Counted from the first letter of the stretch, positions 1-8,891 are shown. The stretch is DNA of 64,000 nt from Dehalococcoidia bacterium (GCA_965197645.1 OZ240219.1:736001-800000), one strand, 5' to 3'. Notes: a model not told the origin generated them from the letters alone. A program made the numbers and translations.

Positions 1-52
1 AGTCGAGCACCTTGATTCCGGTCATCGGGCCCTTTACACCGTTGGAGTTCAC
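1..52 (-). CDS. N-terminus of a CaiB/BaiF family III CoA-transferase (runs off the window edge)
   Basis: GGAGGTG SD then GTG start gives MNSNGVKGPMTGIKVLD, matching the GPLxGIKVL start of CaiB proteins and the paralog at 53335-54531. Confidence 0.7.
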   Translation of the reverse strand, partial: MNSNGVKGPMTGIKVLD

Positions 53-190
53 TGCTCACCTCCCTGAACGTCCTTACAACTGAGTAGTGTATAAACCGTA
101 GGACGGAAGGTCAAACTTTGGGTGGGAGACAAAAACCCATAGCACACTATCTCAAGTTGCACTACCATCGGGCCTCTAAAGCTCAAACCA

Positions 191-334
191 GAGGCTGTAT
201 CAGAACTACTGTTTTGAGGGAGTCCAGAGGGAACCTTCCCTCTGGCAGGGGGCCTGGGGGACGTTCCCCCAGCAATAACACCTTCCGAGGGTGGGCGGTT
301 GGGACCAAGGCATCCGCTTTTGTCAGACAGGCCC
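191..334. mobile_element. MITE-like repeat family B copy (~144 bp)
   Basis: Imperfect terminal inverted repeats (GAGGCTGTATCAGAA / rc GGGCCTGTCTGACAA) enclosing GGAGTCCAGAGGG..CCCTCTGGCAGGGGG..TGGGGGA core shared with other copies. Confidence 0.65.
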
Positions 335-443
335 ACCGGCGAGATGCCAGCGGAGCCGGTCTCCCCTACCCTTTCGGTGGAGTAGAATGAGCCTGCCGAT
401 CCGGCCGGCAGGCTTGCCAACGTCCCACAGGGACTGCCAGGGG

Positions 444-830
444 CTATCCCTTTAAGTAGGCCAGCTTCCGCCAGACCTTGCCGTCCCGGACGGTGTAGAT
501 GTCGGTGCCCCGCATCCTGCCGGGATTGCCCTCGGCGTCCTTCCACGTCATTACCCACCGGGTGACGCATCTATCGCCGGCGGCGAAAAGCTCCTCTTCG
601 TCGAAATACGAATCGAGGAACGCGGCGAAGAGGCCGTCCCAGGCCTCCCTGACCTCGGCTTGCCCCTCGAACCGGGCGCCATCGGGTGCGCCGACCCCCT
701 CGAACACGCAGTCGTCGCTCATCAGAGCCATGATGCCGTCGACGTCCCGATTGTTGAACGCCTCGCCGAAGCGATTGATAACGTCGATGGTCGCCTGGGT
801 CTCGGTGTCTTGTGCCAGTGCCTGCTGCAT
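444..830 (-). CDS. SnoaL-like / NTF2-fold protein
   Basis: 128 aa; FGEAFNNRD...DDCVF...GQAEVR and C-terminal DIYTVRDGKV typical of the family. Confidence 0.85.
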   Translation of the reverse strand: MQQALAQDTETQATIDVINRFGEAFNNRDVDGIMALMSDDCVFEGVGAPDGARFEGQAEVREAWDGLFAAFLDSYFDEEELFAAGDRCVTRWVMTWKDAEGNPGRMRGTDIYTVRDGKVWRKLAYLKG

Positions 831-879
831 GTTAGTTCCCCTTCCTATCTTGCTGCCGTGCCGTTCTCTTCGCGGTCTA

Positions 880-1782
880 CTATTTCAGGACGTAGCTCTC
901 GCCGTCATTCCTAGTCTCCACCTTACCCTCTCGCTCCAACTTTACCAGGTGTACCTTGACCTGACCCCGGGCCGAATCGAGCAGGTCCTTGTTTAACTCG
1001 GGATAGATCGCCTTGACCATCCCCTCGATGTCGTCAACACCGTCCGATAGAAGAGCGATGACCTGCTTCTCTCGCTCCATCCGGTGATCGATCAGCTCCT
1101 TGATCTTGCGCTGGGGTTCTTTCACCGGCTGGCCGTGACCCGGGTACAAAGCGCTGATCTCCAGCCCCTGCAGCTTCCTGAGGGAGTCCATGTACCTGGC
1201 CATGTCACCCCGGTCCGGGCTGACGGCAGTGGTGCCCGTGCCGAGGATGTGGTCGCCGGTGAAGAGCGCCCTATCGTCCCGTTTCAACACGCAGGTGTGG
1301 CCGTGGGTGTGCCCCGGGGTATGGATAAGCTCCAGCTCGGTGCTGCCCACCCTTACCACCTCGCCTCCCTTGAAGGTCTCGTCTACTCTCGTGTCTTCGA
1401 ACTCTTCGTTGGCCACGTCCGCGTCATCCGCATGAATCAGAATCTTCGCCCCGGTGACCTTCTTGAACCTCTCGGCTCCGCCCAGGTGGTCGACGTGGGG
1501 GTGGGTGAGGATAATGTGGCTGATGCTGGGGCTTCCGATACTTTTCAGGTAGTCCAGCCGCTGGTCCACGGCATCATCGGCGTTGTAGCCGGTGTCGATG
1601 AAAACGCCTTCGCCATCCATCACAAGGTAGACGTTGGGCGGAAACGCCCGCACGAAGAACTCGCCTGTCATCGGCACGTGCAACGAGTGTATGCCGGGCG
1701 TCAGCTCCATGGGAGCTCTCCTTTCGAGGGCCGAAACGAAGGGCTGAGAATTCATGTTAATTGGAGCATCGGTGAGTGTCAA
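880..1782 (-). CDS. Metallo-beta-lactamase-fold hydrolase (LACTB2-like) with C-terminal winged helix
   Basis: THPHVDH, TPGHT, FTGDH and PGHG motifs; true start may be downstream (1756 or 1710). Confidence 0.88.
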   Translation of the reverse strand: MTLTDAPINMNSQPFVSALERRAPMELTPGIHSLHVPMTGEFFVRAFPPNVYLVMDGEGVFIDTGYNADDAVDQRLDYLKSIGSPSISHIILTHPHVDHLGGAERFKKVTGAKILIHADDADVANEEFEDTRVDETFKGGEVVRVGSTELELIHTPGHTHGHTCVLKRDDRALFTGDHILGTGTTAVSPDRGDMARYMDSLRKLQGLEISALYPGHGQPVKEPQRKIKELIDHRMEREKQVIALLSDGVDDIEGMVKAIYPELNKDLLDSARGQVKVHLVKLEREGKVETRNDGESYVLK

Positions 1783-1895
1783 TCGGGATTACACGTTGTG
1801 CCAGATGGAAAACTAGCATGGCAACGGGAAGGCCCGGAGTAGGCTATCCTCGGGGGCAAAAATACGATGGACTGGCAACAAGGCTGATCTCGTTC

Positions 1896-2176
1896 AGAAA
1901 GATGGGGATACGTCTCTTCGTAATTCCTCCCCGTTCTCCCAAGCTTAACGGCCATGTGGAAAGGGCCCTGCGCACCCACACGGAGGAGTTCTATGAGGTC
2001 TACGACGGCGACCTGGATATGGGCCCTCTCAACCAGGCCCTTCGGAACTGGGAGGAGGTCTACAATACCGTACGCCCTCACCAGTCCCTCGGCTACCTCA
2101 CTCCCCTTCAGTTCCTACATCATCAATACAAGTCAAACAAAGGCCTCATGTGTCACTGATCTACCGAACGAGTACA
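1896..2176 (+). pseudogene. IS481-family transposase C-terminal remnant with right end
   Basis: PPRSPKLNGHVER...YNTVRPHQSLGYLTP integrase-core C-terminus; ends in TGTCACTGATCTACCGAACGAGTACA; N-terminal part absent. Confidence 0.8.
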
Positions 2177-2181
2177 TTTCC

Positions 2182-2210
2182 TTGACGCCCCATCGCCCGC
2201 TCTGTATGAT
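2182..2210 (+). promoter_or_regulatory. sigma70-type promoter of tatA
   Basis: TTGACG-17 bp-TATGAT. Confidence 0.65.
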
Positions 2211-2250
2211 GCAAACGTAGCAGAGACGCCCCGGGCGTGGAGGTAAGAAG

Positions 2251-2493
2251 ATGCCCTTCGGCATTGGCCCTCTTGAACTGATAATCGTACTGGTGATCAT
2301 AATCATCATCTTTGGCGTCGGTCGGCTTCCGGAGATAGGCGGCGCGCTGGGTAAGGGCATTCGAGAGTTCAAGAAGTCCAGCTCCGACATTCGAGACGCG
2401 GCCAAGGACATCGAAAAGGACGTGACAGAGCCCATCCGCACCGCCTCCAAGCCCGACAGCAGACCGAAGTCCAGACCCCGCATTCCCGAATAA
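2251..2493 (+). CDS. tatA: Twin-arginine translocase subunit TatA
   Basis: GIGPLEL, TM helix, [22 protein letters not shown] amphipathic helix. Confidence 0.95.
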   Translation: MPFGIGPLELIIVLVIIIIIFGVGRLPEIGGALGKGIREFKKSSSDIRDAAKDIEKDVTEPIRTASKPDSRPKSRPRIPE

Positions 2494-2521
2494 CAGCCCC
2501 TCAAGCTTCTGTTACAGCACA

Positions 2522-2553
2522 GGGCGGGACAGCGTAACGCTATCCCGCCTCTT
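2522..2553 (+). terminator. Hairpin after tatA, probable terminator
   Basis: GGGCGGGACAGCG-TAA-CGCTATCCCGCCT stem followed by CTT. Confidence 0.45.
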
Positions 2554-2675
2554 CGCGGCAAGCGGAGTTGGAACGCACCGGGTGTGGCAACCACCGGGGA
2601 CGGTGTCCGCTTCAGGACATGACCCCGATGGGTCTTTCTCAACTCACACTCTGCCCATTGGAAGAGTTCGCTAAC

Positions 2676-2975
2676 GGCCTCTGCCATAACCCCAGATCGA
2701 GGGAATCCAGGAGGTTCTTGCCGTGGCAGGGCGTTGAAGAACCCTGTCGACCAGATCCCTCAGGACGAACTCCCCTCGCTCGCTACGACCACGACTGTTG
2801 GACTGGGCACGTACCTTTGTCATTGCGATCCGAGGCGAGGGGCAGGCTCTCAGACTCCCGGCAAAGGACCTTCACCCCCTCTCTCTTCTCTCATCTTATA
2901 GGTGCGGGGCCTCGCAGAGGGTTTGGGGGATGTGCCTCCGAAACACCAAAACGTCTCAGGGTGGGAGGGAGGGAG
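2676..2975. repeat. Degenerate mosaic of repeat families A and B
   Basis: Decayed GAGGGAATCCAGGAGG, CCCCTCGCTCGCTACGAC, GTCATTGCGA and TGGGGGATGTGCCTCC...CAGGGTGGGAGGGA pieces. Confidence 0.55.
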
Positions 2976-3007
2976 AAACTATCCCGGGGGGGGTGATTAG
3001 TGAGGAC

Positions 3008-3210
3008 AAAAGGAAAGCCCCGAAGTCTTTTGGTCTAAGACCAACCCGATGGACTAAGTCGGGAACTTCGGGGCCCGGTGCCTGTTGGGCTTCCGTATAC
3101 GGAACCCAAGGCATAGTCGTTTGCTAAATCCTTAGGTGCCGGCTACGTTACAAGCACCTCACTAGTCCGTTTATCATCTGTTTCCAATAGATCACCTCCT
3201 TTCTTAGTGT
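3008..3210 (-). ncRNA. Candidate structured small RNA / small-peptide transcript
   Basis: Own promoter, perfect SD, 14-codon ORF, long hairpin 3079-3113, and a three-way junction closed by GCCCCGAAGT/ACTTCGGGGC followed by a U-rich tail. Confidence 0.55.
3143..3187 (-). CDS. Putative 14-aa peptide METDDKRTSEVLVT
   Basis: AGAAAGGAGGTGATC (full complement of the 16S 3' end) with AGGAGG 7 nt before a TTG start; TAG stop. Confidence 0.45.
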   Translation of the reverse strand: METDDKRTSEVLVT

Positions 3211-3216
3211 ACCCAG

Positions 3217-3246
3217 AGATTACTACACAATTGAGCATGATGACAA
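3217..3246 (-). promoter_or_regulatory. Putative promoter of the small transcript
   Basis: TTGTCA-18 bp-TAATCT on the minus strand. Confidence 0.5.
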
Positions 3247-3257
3247 GTACCACCTCG

Positions 3258-3426
3258 GTGGTTGCGAGCAGGGAGAGTTAGTCCAGGGGGTGGAAAGAAG
3301 CGAAGCAATCTGGGGTGGAGGGGTAGATGTCCCTGTCGGGAAGGAGGCCAGACCTTAATAGATTGCCACGCCCCGACTTTGTCGGGGCTCGCAATGACGA
3401 GGGGGTGTCGTTGCGAGCGAGGCAAT
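3258..3426. repeat. Repeat family A palindromic doublet plus truncated half, abutting the GIY-YIG stop codon
   Basis: GTTGCGAGC..GCGAAGCAATC, ~50 bp spacer, GATTGCCACGCCCCGACTTTGTCGGGGCTCGCAATGAC (3361-3398), then GTCGTTGCGAGCGAGGCAATC. Confidence 0.9.
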
Positions 3427-3738
3427 CTAGTCCGCGGATGAATCCTGACCCAGCAGGTCAACGCTCATATCTCGCCAAGTTGGGTTCATGCCGTTTATCA
3501 AAGCCACTTTCTTTCGTCGTGGACCTGCCTTCAACAGCTTCTCACGAGAAATCGCAGCTTCGGCTGTTTCAGCCATTTCGTAATACACGAGGTGGTTCAC
3601 GTTGTACTTCGACGTAAAGCCAGGCGAAAGCTTTTCTCTGTGTTCGTAAACACGCCGGGGCAGGTTGTTGGTCACACCGGTGTAGAGAACAGTGTGCCTG
3701 GGGTTGGTCATGATGTAAACGTAGAAAGCTCTGTCCAA
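3427..3738 (-). CDS. Small stand-alone GIY-YIG nuclease
   Basis: FYVYIM...LYTGVTNNL.RRVYEH...GFTSKYNV..LVYYE...AISREKLLK...NPTWRD; 103 aa. Confidence 0.92.
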   Translation of the reverse strand: MDRAFYVYIMTNPRHTVLYTGVTNNLPRRVYEHREKLSPGFTSKYNVNHLVYYEMAETAEAAISREKLLKAGPRRKKVALINGMNPTWRDMSVDLLGQDSSAD

Positions 3739-3754
3739 GGTAATCCTCTTGAAA

Positions 3755-4100
3755 CGAGGTTACGGACTCAGCCTAACCGTTGCCGTCGTTGCGAGCGTGG
3801 GGGGGAAGTCCTGAGGGAAGTGGCAGGGAGCGAAGCATTCTGGGGTGGAGGGGTATATGTCCCTGTCGGGAAAGAGGCCAGACCTTAGTAGATTGCCACG
3901 CCCCGACTTCATCGGGGCTCGCAATGACGAGGCTACGGACTCAGCCTAACTGTTGCCGTGGTTGCGAGCAGGGGGAGTTGGTCCTGGGGATGGCCGGGAG
4001 CGAAGCAATCTGGGGTGGAGGGGTATATGTCCCTGTCGGGAAAGAGGCCAGACCTTAATAGATTGCCACGCCCCGACTTTGTCGGGGCTCGCAATGACGA
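3755..4100. repeat. Two tandem ~170-bp family A doublets upstream of the GIY-YIG gene
   Basis: Near-identical units; conserved arm at 3891-3928 and 4061-4098. Confidence 0.92.
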
Positions 4101-4145
4101 GGGCTGGGGGCCCGGTGTTCGAATGGGCCGGTTTGACAGGCAGCC

Positions 4146-5168
4146 CTAAAAGGCCAGGAGGCGGCGGGGGTTCTCGACGGTCATCTGATGTATGGCATCC
4201 TCGCTCACACCGGACTTTAGCAGCGCCGGGATGATCTCCTCGAAGAGCCGGCAGATGTTACGGCTCTGATACCTCGATGGGTCCTGCTCGGTGCTCGGAG
4301 GCCGCATTTCGTAAAGCACTATGTCGTGGGAGAGCACCATCTGGGAAGCATATCCCATGGCGACGAGGGCAGTTATTGTCCCCAGTCTCGCCGAGTCGCC
4401 CAGCTGTCCCAGGGAGTAGGCGAACATGTCAATCCCCACGTTGGCGCCCCGGTCCATGATCTGGGCCAGATGCCTGATGTTGGAGGTGCCGTCGGCGTGG
4501 CCGATGATGCACCTCGAAGGGTCCGCCCCCTCGTCCAGCAGCACGTCCAGCTGGCGCATCCCGATGTTACAGATAGCCCAATCGTAGCTATCGGTGTGGG
4601 TGGTGATGGTGACGCCCAGCTTCCTCTGCACCCGTGCAGCGGCCCTGAACCCCTTTTCCTCCACCTTGGTGGGGCCAAGAGCGTAGGGGACCAGCTCGTC
4701 GCCCCAGGAGGGTGTCGGCCCGGCTATCACCAGCTGGGGGCCGGTGGCCAGCTTGATGATGCCACACTTTGAACCGGTGCCCAAGGCGCCCTCGGTAATC
4801 TCCGTGGCGAAGAACTCCTCGACGGCGTCCAGGGGCCTGGCATGCCAGTAGTAGGGTATGCCCATGCTCTCGGTGTAGAAGCCGGTGGAGGAGACGATGT
4901 GGACCCCGCTGCGCCGGGATGCCTCGGTCAGGAGCCCCATGTAGCGGCCGCAGTCGGAAGTGGTGACGTCGACCAGGCAGGTGAGACCGTGTGCCTCTCT
5001 GGCGCCAGCCAACTCCTTCACCAGCTTTGCCAGCAGATCATCCTCGTCGTAGCTACCCTGGATATCGACCTCGGCGCCCTGCCAGTTGAAGAAAAGGTGC
5101 TCATGGGGCAGAACTACGCCCAACTCGCCGGGGGAGATGTCTCCCAGCACCGTCCTCACTATGGACAT
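4146..5168 (-). CDS. Phosphotriesterase-like amidohydrolase
   Basis: VRTVLGDI, HEH, GIIKLA, TTHT, IGHAD and LSHD metal-site motifs. Confidence 0.9.
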   Translation of the reverse strand: MSIVRTVLGDISPGELGVVLPHEHLFFNWQGAEVDIQGSYDEDDLLAKLVKELAGAREAHGLTCLVDVTTSDCGRYMGLLTEASRRSGVHIVSSTGFYTESMGIPYYWHARPLDAVEEFFATEITEGALGTGSKCGIIKLATGPQLVIAGPTPSWGDELVPYALGPTKVEEKGFRAAARVQRKLGVTITTHTDSYDWAICNIGMRQLDVLLDEGADPSRCIIGHADGTSNIRHLAQIMDRGANVGIDMFAYSLGQLGDSARLGTITALVAMGYASQMVLSHDIVLYEMRPPSTEQDPSRYQSRNICRLFEEIIPALLKSGVSEDAIHQMTVENPRRLLAF

Positions 5169-5183
5169 TTAGTGCCCGCTCCT

Positions 5184-5942
5184 CTACCGGAAGTCTTCGG
5201 CCGAGTCCTGGGGCTCCCAGCCCAACACCTGCTTCGGGTGTTCCAGGTCCCGATAGCCCCACTTGTTCTTGGAGGTGGCGAAGAAGATGTCGTACATCAG
5301 GTCTTCAGACGCATCGATGCACTTGTGAAGAATAGTGGCGACGTCCCTGTGGCTCAAGTGGGTGGCGTAGTCGTGAATATCCTTCGGCCGGTCCTCCTGG
5401 TGCACCATGCCGATGCGCACCGATAGGATGGAGATGTCATAGGCATCGGAGTAGTGACGAGCGAGGGCTTCACCGAATACCTTGGCGGCCCCATATATGG
5501 TCTGGGGCCGAAACTGGCCCTCTGTGATCATGGGCCAGCTTTCGGGGACATCTTCGTAGCGACCCTCCGCTATGGCCTTGTACGGCTCCACCTTGAGGGG
5601 GAATCCCCTGATGGTCATGCCACTGCTGGCGTATACCACCCTCTTGACCCCGGCCAGCCGCGACGCCTCGTACACGTTGTACGTGCCGATGATGCTGGCG
5701 TTGAGATTTCCCTCGAAGGGGTCATCCTCCTCAACCCATGCCGCCAGGTGGACCACGGTATCTATACCCTCGAAGGCCGGCTTGATCGCCTCCAGGTCGG
5801 CGATGTCGGCCTGGAGGCACTTGACCCCCTCGACCGGGCGCCGGTTCAGGGCGCTGAGCTCGTAGCCTCCGGCCTCCTCCAGATGGCGTCGTAGGACGCC
5901 GCCGATGAGCCCGCTCATGCCCGTTATCAAGACCTTTTTCAT
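5184..5942 (-). CDS. NAD-dependent epimerase/dehydratase (uronate dehydrogenase-like)
   Basis: TGMSGLIG Rossmann motif, VVHLAA, YASS, YGAAK. Confidence 0.9.
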   Translation of the reverse strand: MKKVLITGMSGLIGGVLRRHLEEAGGYELSALNRRPVEGVKCLQADIADLEAIKPAFEGIDTVVHLAAWVEEDDPFEGNLNASIIGTYNVYEASRLAGVKRVVYASSGMTIRGFPLKVEPYKAIAEGRYEDVPESWPMITEGQFRPQTIYGAAKVFGEALARHYSDAYDISILSVRIGMVHQEDRPKDIHDYATHLSHRDVATILHKCIDASEDLMYDIFFATSKNKWGYRDLEHPKQVLGWEPQDSAEDFR

Positions 5943-5948
5943 AGCCCT

Positions 5949-6455
5949 TTATCCTGTTCTGGCCTGGCGGGGTTCCAGCCGGCCGGTCTCTATTCGGTAC
6001 TGCAGGTGCTCCATGACGTCTGCGGGTGGGGCGAGGCCGTTGGCCGTGCTCAGGATGCACTGGTAGATGAGTACGCCGTCCTTGTTCATGAGGAAGACCG
6101 CCGGTTCGTTGAACTCTCCCTCGGTGCTCCACATGCACCCGAAGCTCCGAGCTACGGCGCCGTCGTGGTCTATGAGGACCGGGAAGGTCAGCCCCAGCCG
6201 GTCTCGCATGCGGCGGAGCCCTTCCGGGTCGTCGACGCTGATGGTGGCCCACTCCACGCCCATCTCCTGGAACTTGGGGTACCACTCCTGCGCCACGCGC
6301 AGGTACTTATTGCAGCCGTCTCACCAGGAGCCTCGGCGAAAGACCAGGACCATCGGCGCCTTGCCCAGACGGTCGTAGAGATTGAACTCCTGCCCGTCGA
6401 CGTCCTCAAGGGTGAAGTCGGGGACTTTTGTTTCCATATCGATAAGCGTAGTCAT
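5949..6455 (-). CDS. Selenocysteine-containing peroxiredoxin-like (AhpC/TSA, redoxin) protein, 168 aa
   Basis: AGGAGG SD, ATG 6455; PDFTLEDVDG...MVLVFRRGSW-TGA(6321-6323)-DGC continues in frame into the thioredoxin-fold C-terminal half; hairpin after UGA. Confidence 0.88.
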
Positions 6456-6468
6456 CGGGTAGACCTCC

Positions 6469-7461
6469 TTAGCTTGCTACCGCCACCATGGCGCCGACGG
6501 CCAGAGTGGCCAAGTCTGCCTGGCCCTCTTCCCAGGTCTCGCCGCGATCGGAGCTGACGAATATGCGGCCGGCATCGGTGCCGGCATAAACCCGGTCCGA
6601 GTCGCAGGGGTCCCAGGTGTAGGCGATAACCATATCGTCATCGGATCCCAGGTCTAGTCTCCGCCAATCATCGCCGGAACTGGTCGATATGTATGCCTGA
6701 GCGCCCTGGCGACCGGCGTTGTTCGATACGGCCGTCAGCACCCGGGTGTGGTCGTCGGGGGCGCAGACCACGGGGACGGTATAGGTGCGCTCCAGGCCGG
6801 TGATCAGATGGTTCCAGCTGTCGCCGCCGTCGCCGCTGCGATAGGGGCCAGCCGCGGTGGCGGCGTAGACCGTGCCGGCATCGGTGTCGCTGATGTGAAG
6901 GGAGTGTATGTCGGGGTCGGTGCCGTGGAGCTGCTGCCAGGTCAGGCCGCCGTCCTTGGATCGGACCATGCCGCCGACCTCGATGCCGGTGAAGATCTGG
7001 TCCGGGTCGTGAGGAGAGAGCTTTATCTCCCGGACGTGGGACAGCCGCTCGCCGTGGAAACCCCAACCCGTCGACTCGGGGACCTCCTGGTAGCTGCTGA
7101 TCTCCTCCCAGCTATCCCCACCGTCGGCGGAGCGGAACAGGGCCGCCGGTTCGCTGCCGGCGTAGACCAGGTCCGGGTTGCCGGGGTGGACGGCGACGCT
7201 GTGGGCGTAAGCCGTGGGGTAGCCGTCGAGGCGGCGCCAGGCGGCACCACCGTCGTCGGTGCGCCACACTCCCGATTCGTAGGCCGCCAGGTAGGCCCGC
7301 TCCGGCGAGCTCTGGGAGTGGGCGAAGCGGGCCGCTGCATGGTCCAGGGTCATCACGCTCCGCTTCGTCCAAGCGCCGTTGCCGTCGGACGAAACCAGGG
7401 TGCCTATTCCGTCGTGCATGCCCACGTATAACTTGGTACGGGTCCCGTTGCCAGTAGCCAT
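6469..7461 (-). CDS. BNR/Asp-box repeat beta-propeller protein
   Basis: Multiple SxDGGxxW repeats; start placed at MATGNG after a GGAG SD. Confidence 0.85.
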   Translation of the reverse strand: MATGNGTRTKLYVGMHDGIGTLVSSDGNGAWTKRSVMTLDHAAARFAHSQSSPERAYLAAYESGVWRTDDGGAAWRRLDGYPTAYAHSVAVHPGNPDLVYAGSEPAALFRSADGGDSWEEISSYQEVPESTGWGFHGERLSHVREIKLSPHDPDQIFTGIEVGGMVRSKDGGLTWQQLHGTDPDIHSLHISDTDAGTVYAATAAGPYRSGDGGDSWNHLITGLERTYTVPVVCAPDDHTRVLTAVSNNAGRQGAQAYISTSSGDDWRRLDLGSDDDMVIAYTWDPCDSDRVYAGTDAGRIFVSSDRGETWEEGQADLATLAVGAMVAVAS

Positions 7462-7591
7462 TCGTTCTCCCCTTCCAGCCGCCGTGCTTCCGTCTGAAGT
7501 GGGTGCCATGTCCCATCGGTATTGGATGGCATGTATTGTAGCGTGAATCCCCGACGATTTCACGCCGCATGCTGATATACTCTGGCCTCCA

Positions 7592-8476
7592 ATGAAGATT
7601 CACCTCGTAGACGGGACCTACGAGCTGTTCCGGTCCTACTTCGCTCTCCCTTCGATTAGCGCGCCCGATGGCCGGGAGGTGGGAGCGGTGCGGGGGCTGA
7701 TACAGACTCTGCTCCTTCTGCTCAGGTCCGAAGGAGTGACCCACGTAGGCTGCGCCTTCGACCACGTGGTCCGGTCTTTCCGAAACGATCTGTTCGACGG
7801 CTACAAGACCGGAGATGGGGTGGCCGAAGAGCTTTTGAGCCAGTTCGGTCTGGCGGAGCGGGCAGTCTCCGCTCTGGGCATCGTCGTGTGGCCCATGGTG
7901 GAGTTCGAGGCCGACGACGCCATCGCTACCGCCGCTTCCCGCTGGTGGCAAGCCGAGGGGGTGGAACAGGTGGTCATCTGCTCTCCGGACAAAGACCTGA
8001 TGCAGATGGCGCGGGGCCAAAGGATCGTCAGCCTGGACCGGCGCAAAGAGTTGGTCACCGATGAGGCCGGGGTCGTGGAGAAGTTCGGAGTGAGGCCTGG
8101 GTCCATACCCGACTACCTGGCCCTGGTGGGCGATGCAGCCGACGGCATCCCAGGCATTCCCAGGTGGGGCGCCAAGTCCACTGCCCTCGTCCTGGGACGG
8201 TATGAGCACATCGAGCTTATACCCGACGATCCCTCGGACTGGGAGGTCTCGCCCAGGGGCGCCGCGGCGATGGCCTCTAACCTTTCGGAGCGGCGGAACG
8301 ATGCCCTGCTATACAAGCAGCTGGCGACCCTCAGGTTGGATGTGCCGCTGCCCGAGGATCTGGCGGACCTGGAGTGGGGTGGGGTGAAGAGGAAAGAGTA
8401 CGAGTCGTTGTGCCAGGAGCTGGGCTTGGGCAGGCTGGCGACCCTGCCCCACAGGTGGGAGGGAGAAGAAGGCTAG
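7592..8476 (+). CDS. Stand-alone 5'-3' exonuclease / flap endonuclease
   Basis: LVDGT, FRNDLFDGYK, EADDAIAT, DKDL, LVGDAADGIPGI.RWGAK. Confidence 0.92.
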   Translation: MKIHLVDGTYELFRSYFALPSISAPDGREVGAVRGLIQTLLLLLRSEGVTHVGCAFDHVVRSFRNDLFDGYKTGDGVAEELLSQFGLAERAVSALGIVVWPMVEFEADDAIATAASRWWQAEGVEQVVICSPDKDLMQMARGQRIVSLDRRKELVTDEAGVVEKFGVRPGSIPDYLALVGDAADGIPGIPRWGAKSTALVLGRYEHIELIPDDPSDWEVSPRGAAAMASNLSERRNDALLYKQLATLRLDVPLPEDLADLEWGGVKRKEYESLCQELGLGRLATLPHRWEGEEG

Positions 8477-8835
8477 GCGGTGGCGAGCATCTCCTTGAGA
8501 AGCTCCCGGTGGCAGCGGGCGTCCGGCTTGGACAGGTCCTCGTGGCAGATCAGGGTTACCGTGCCGTGCTCCGCCTCGAGCCTCTTGACCTCATCGAACA
8601 GGCCCAGCTCTGAATCTCGCTCCCTGATCGACTGCTCGTAGCGGGCGGAGAACTCGGGCCAGTCCACATGCCCATCTCGCAGTTCGCCCAGCAGCTCCTT
8701 GGAAGGGGCCAGCTCCTTGACCCAACCGTCGATGCGGTCCTTCTTCACGCCCCGGGGCCAGTAGCGCATTACCAGCAGCCGGTAGCCGTCCCCAGGCTCG
8801 ATGGGATCGTAGTAGATGCTCTTCGTTCCTATCAT
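8473..8835 (-). CDS. DUF488/YeaO family protein
   Basis: DGYRLLVMRYWPRGVKK...LAPSKEL...CHRELL. Confidence 0.88.
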   Translation of the reverse strand: MIGTKSIYYDPIEPGDGYRLLVMRYWPRGVKKDRIDGWVKELAPSKELLGELRDGHVDWPEFSARYEQSIRERDSELGLFDEVKRLEAEHGTVTLICHEDLSKPDARCHRELLKEMLATA

Positions 8836-8891
8836 TGGGTCCCCTTCGGCAAGCGAGTTACCGGGCGCCATGCTATTCAGGTCTGGAATTC

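Noticed and set aside
3190-3204. GATCACCTCCTTTCT as a 16S rRNA gene fragment
   Set aside because: Only the 15-nt anti-SD matches and the flanks have no rRNA similarity; it is better read as a Shine-Dalgarno on the minus strand.
3780-4234. Short ORFs sharing DCHAPT.SGLAMT / RLPRPDFVGARND peptides at many loci
   Set aside because: They are translations of repeat family A, without SD or consistent starts.
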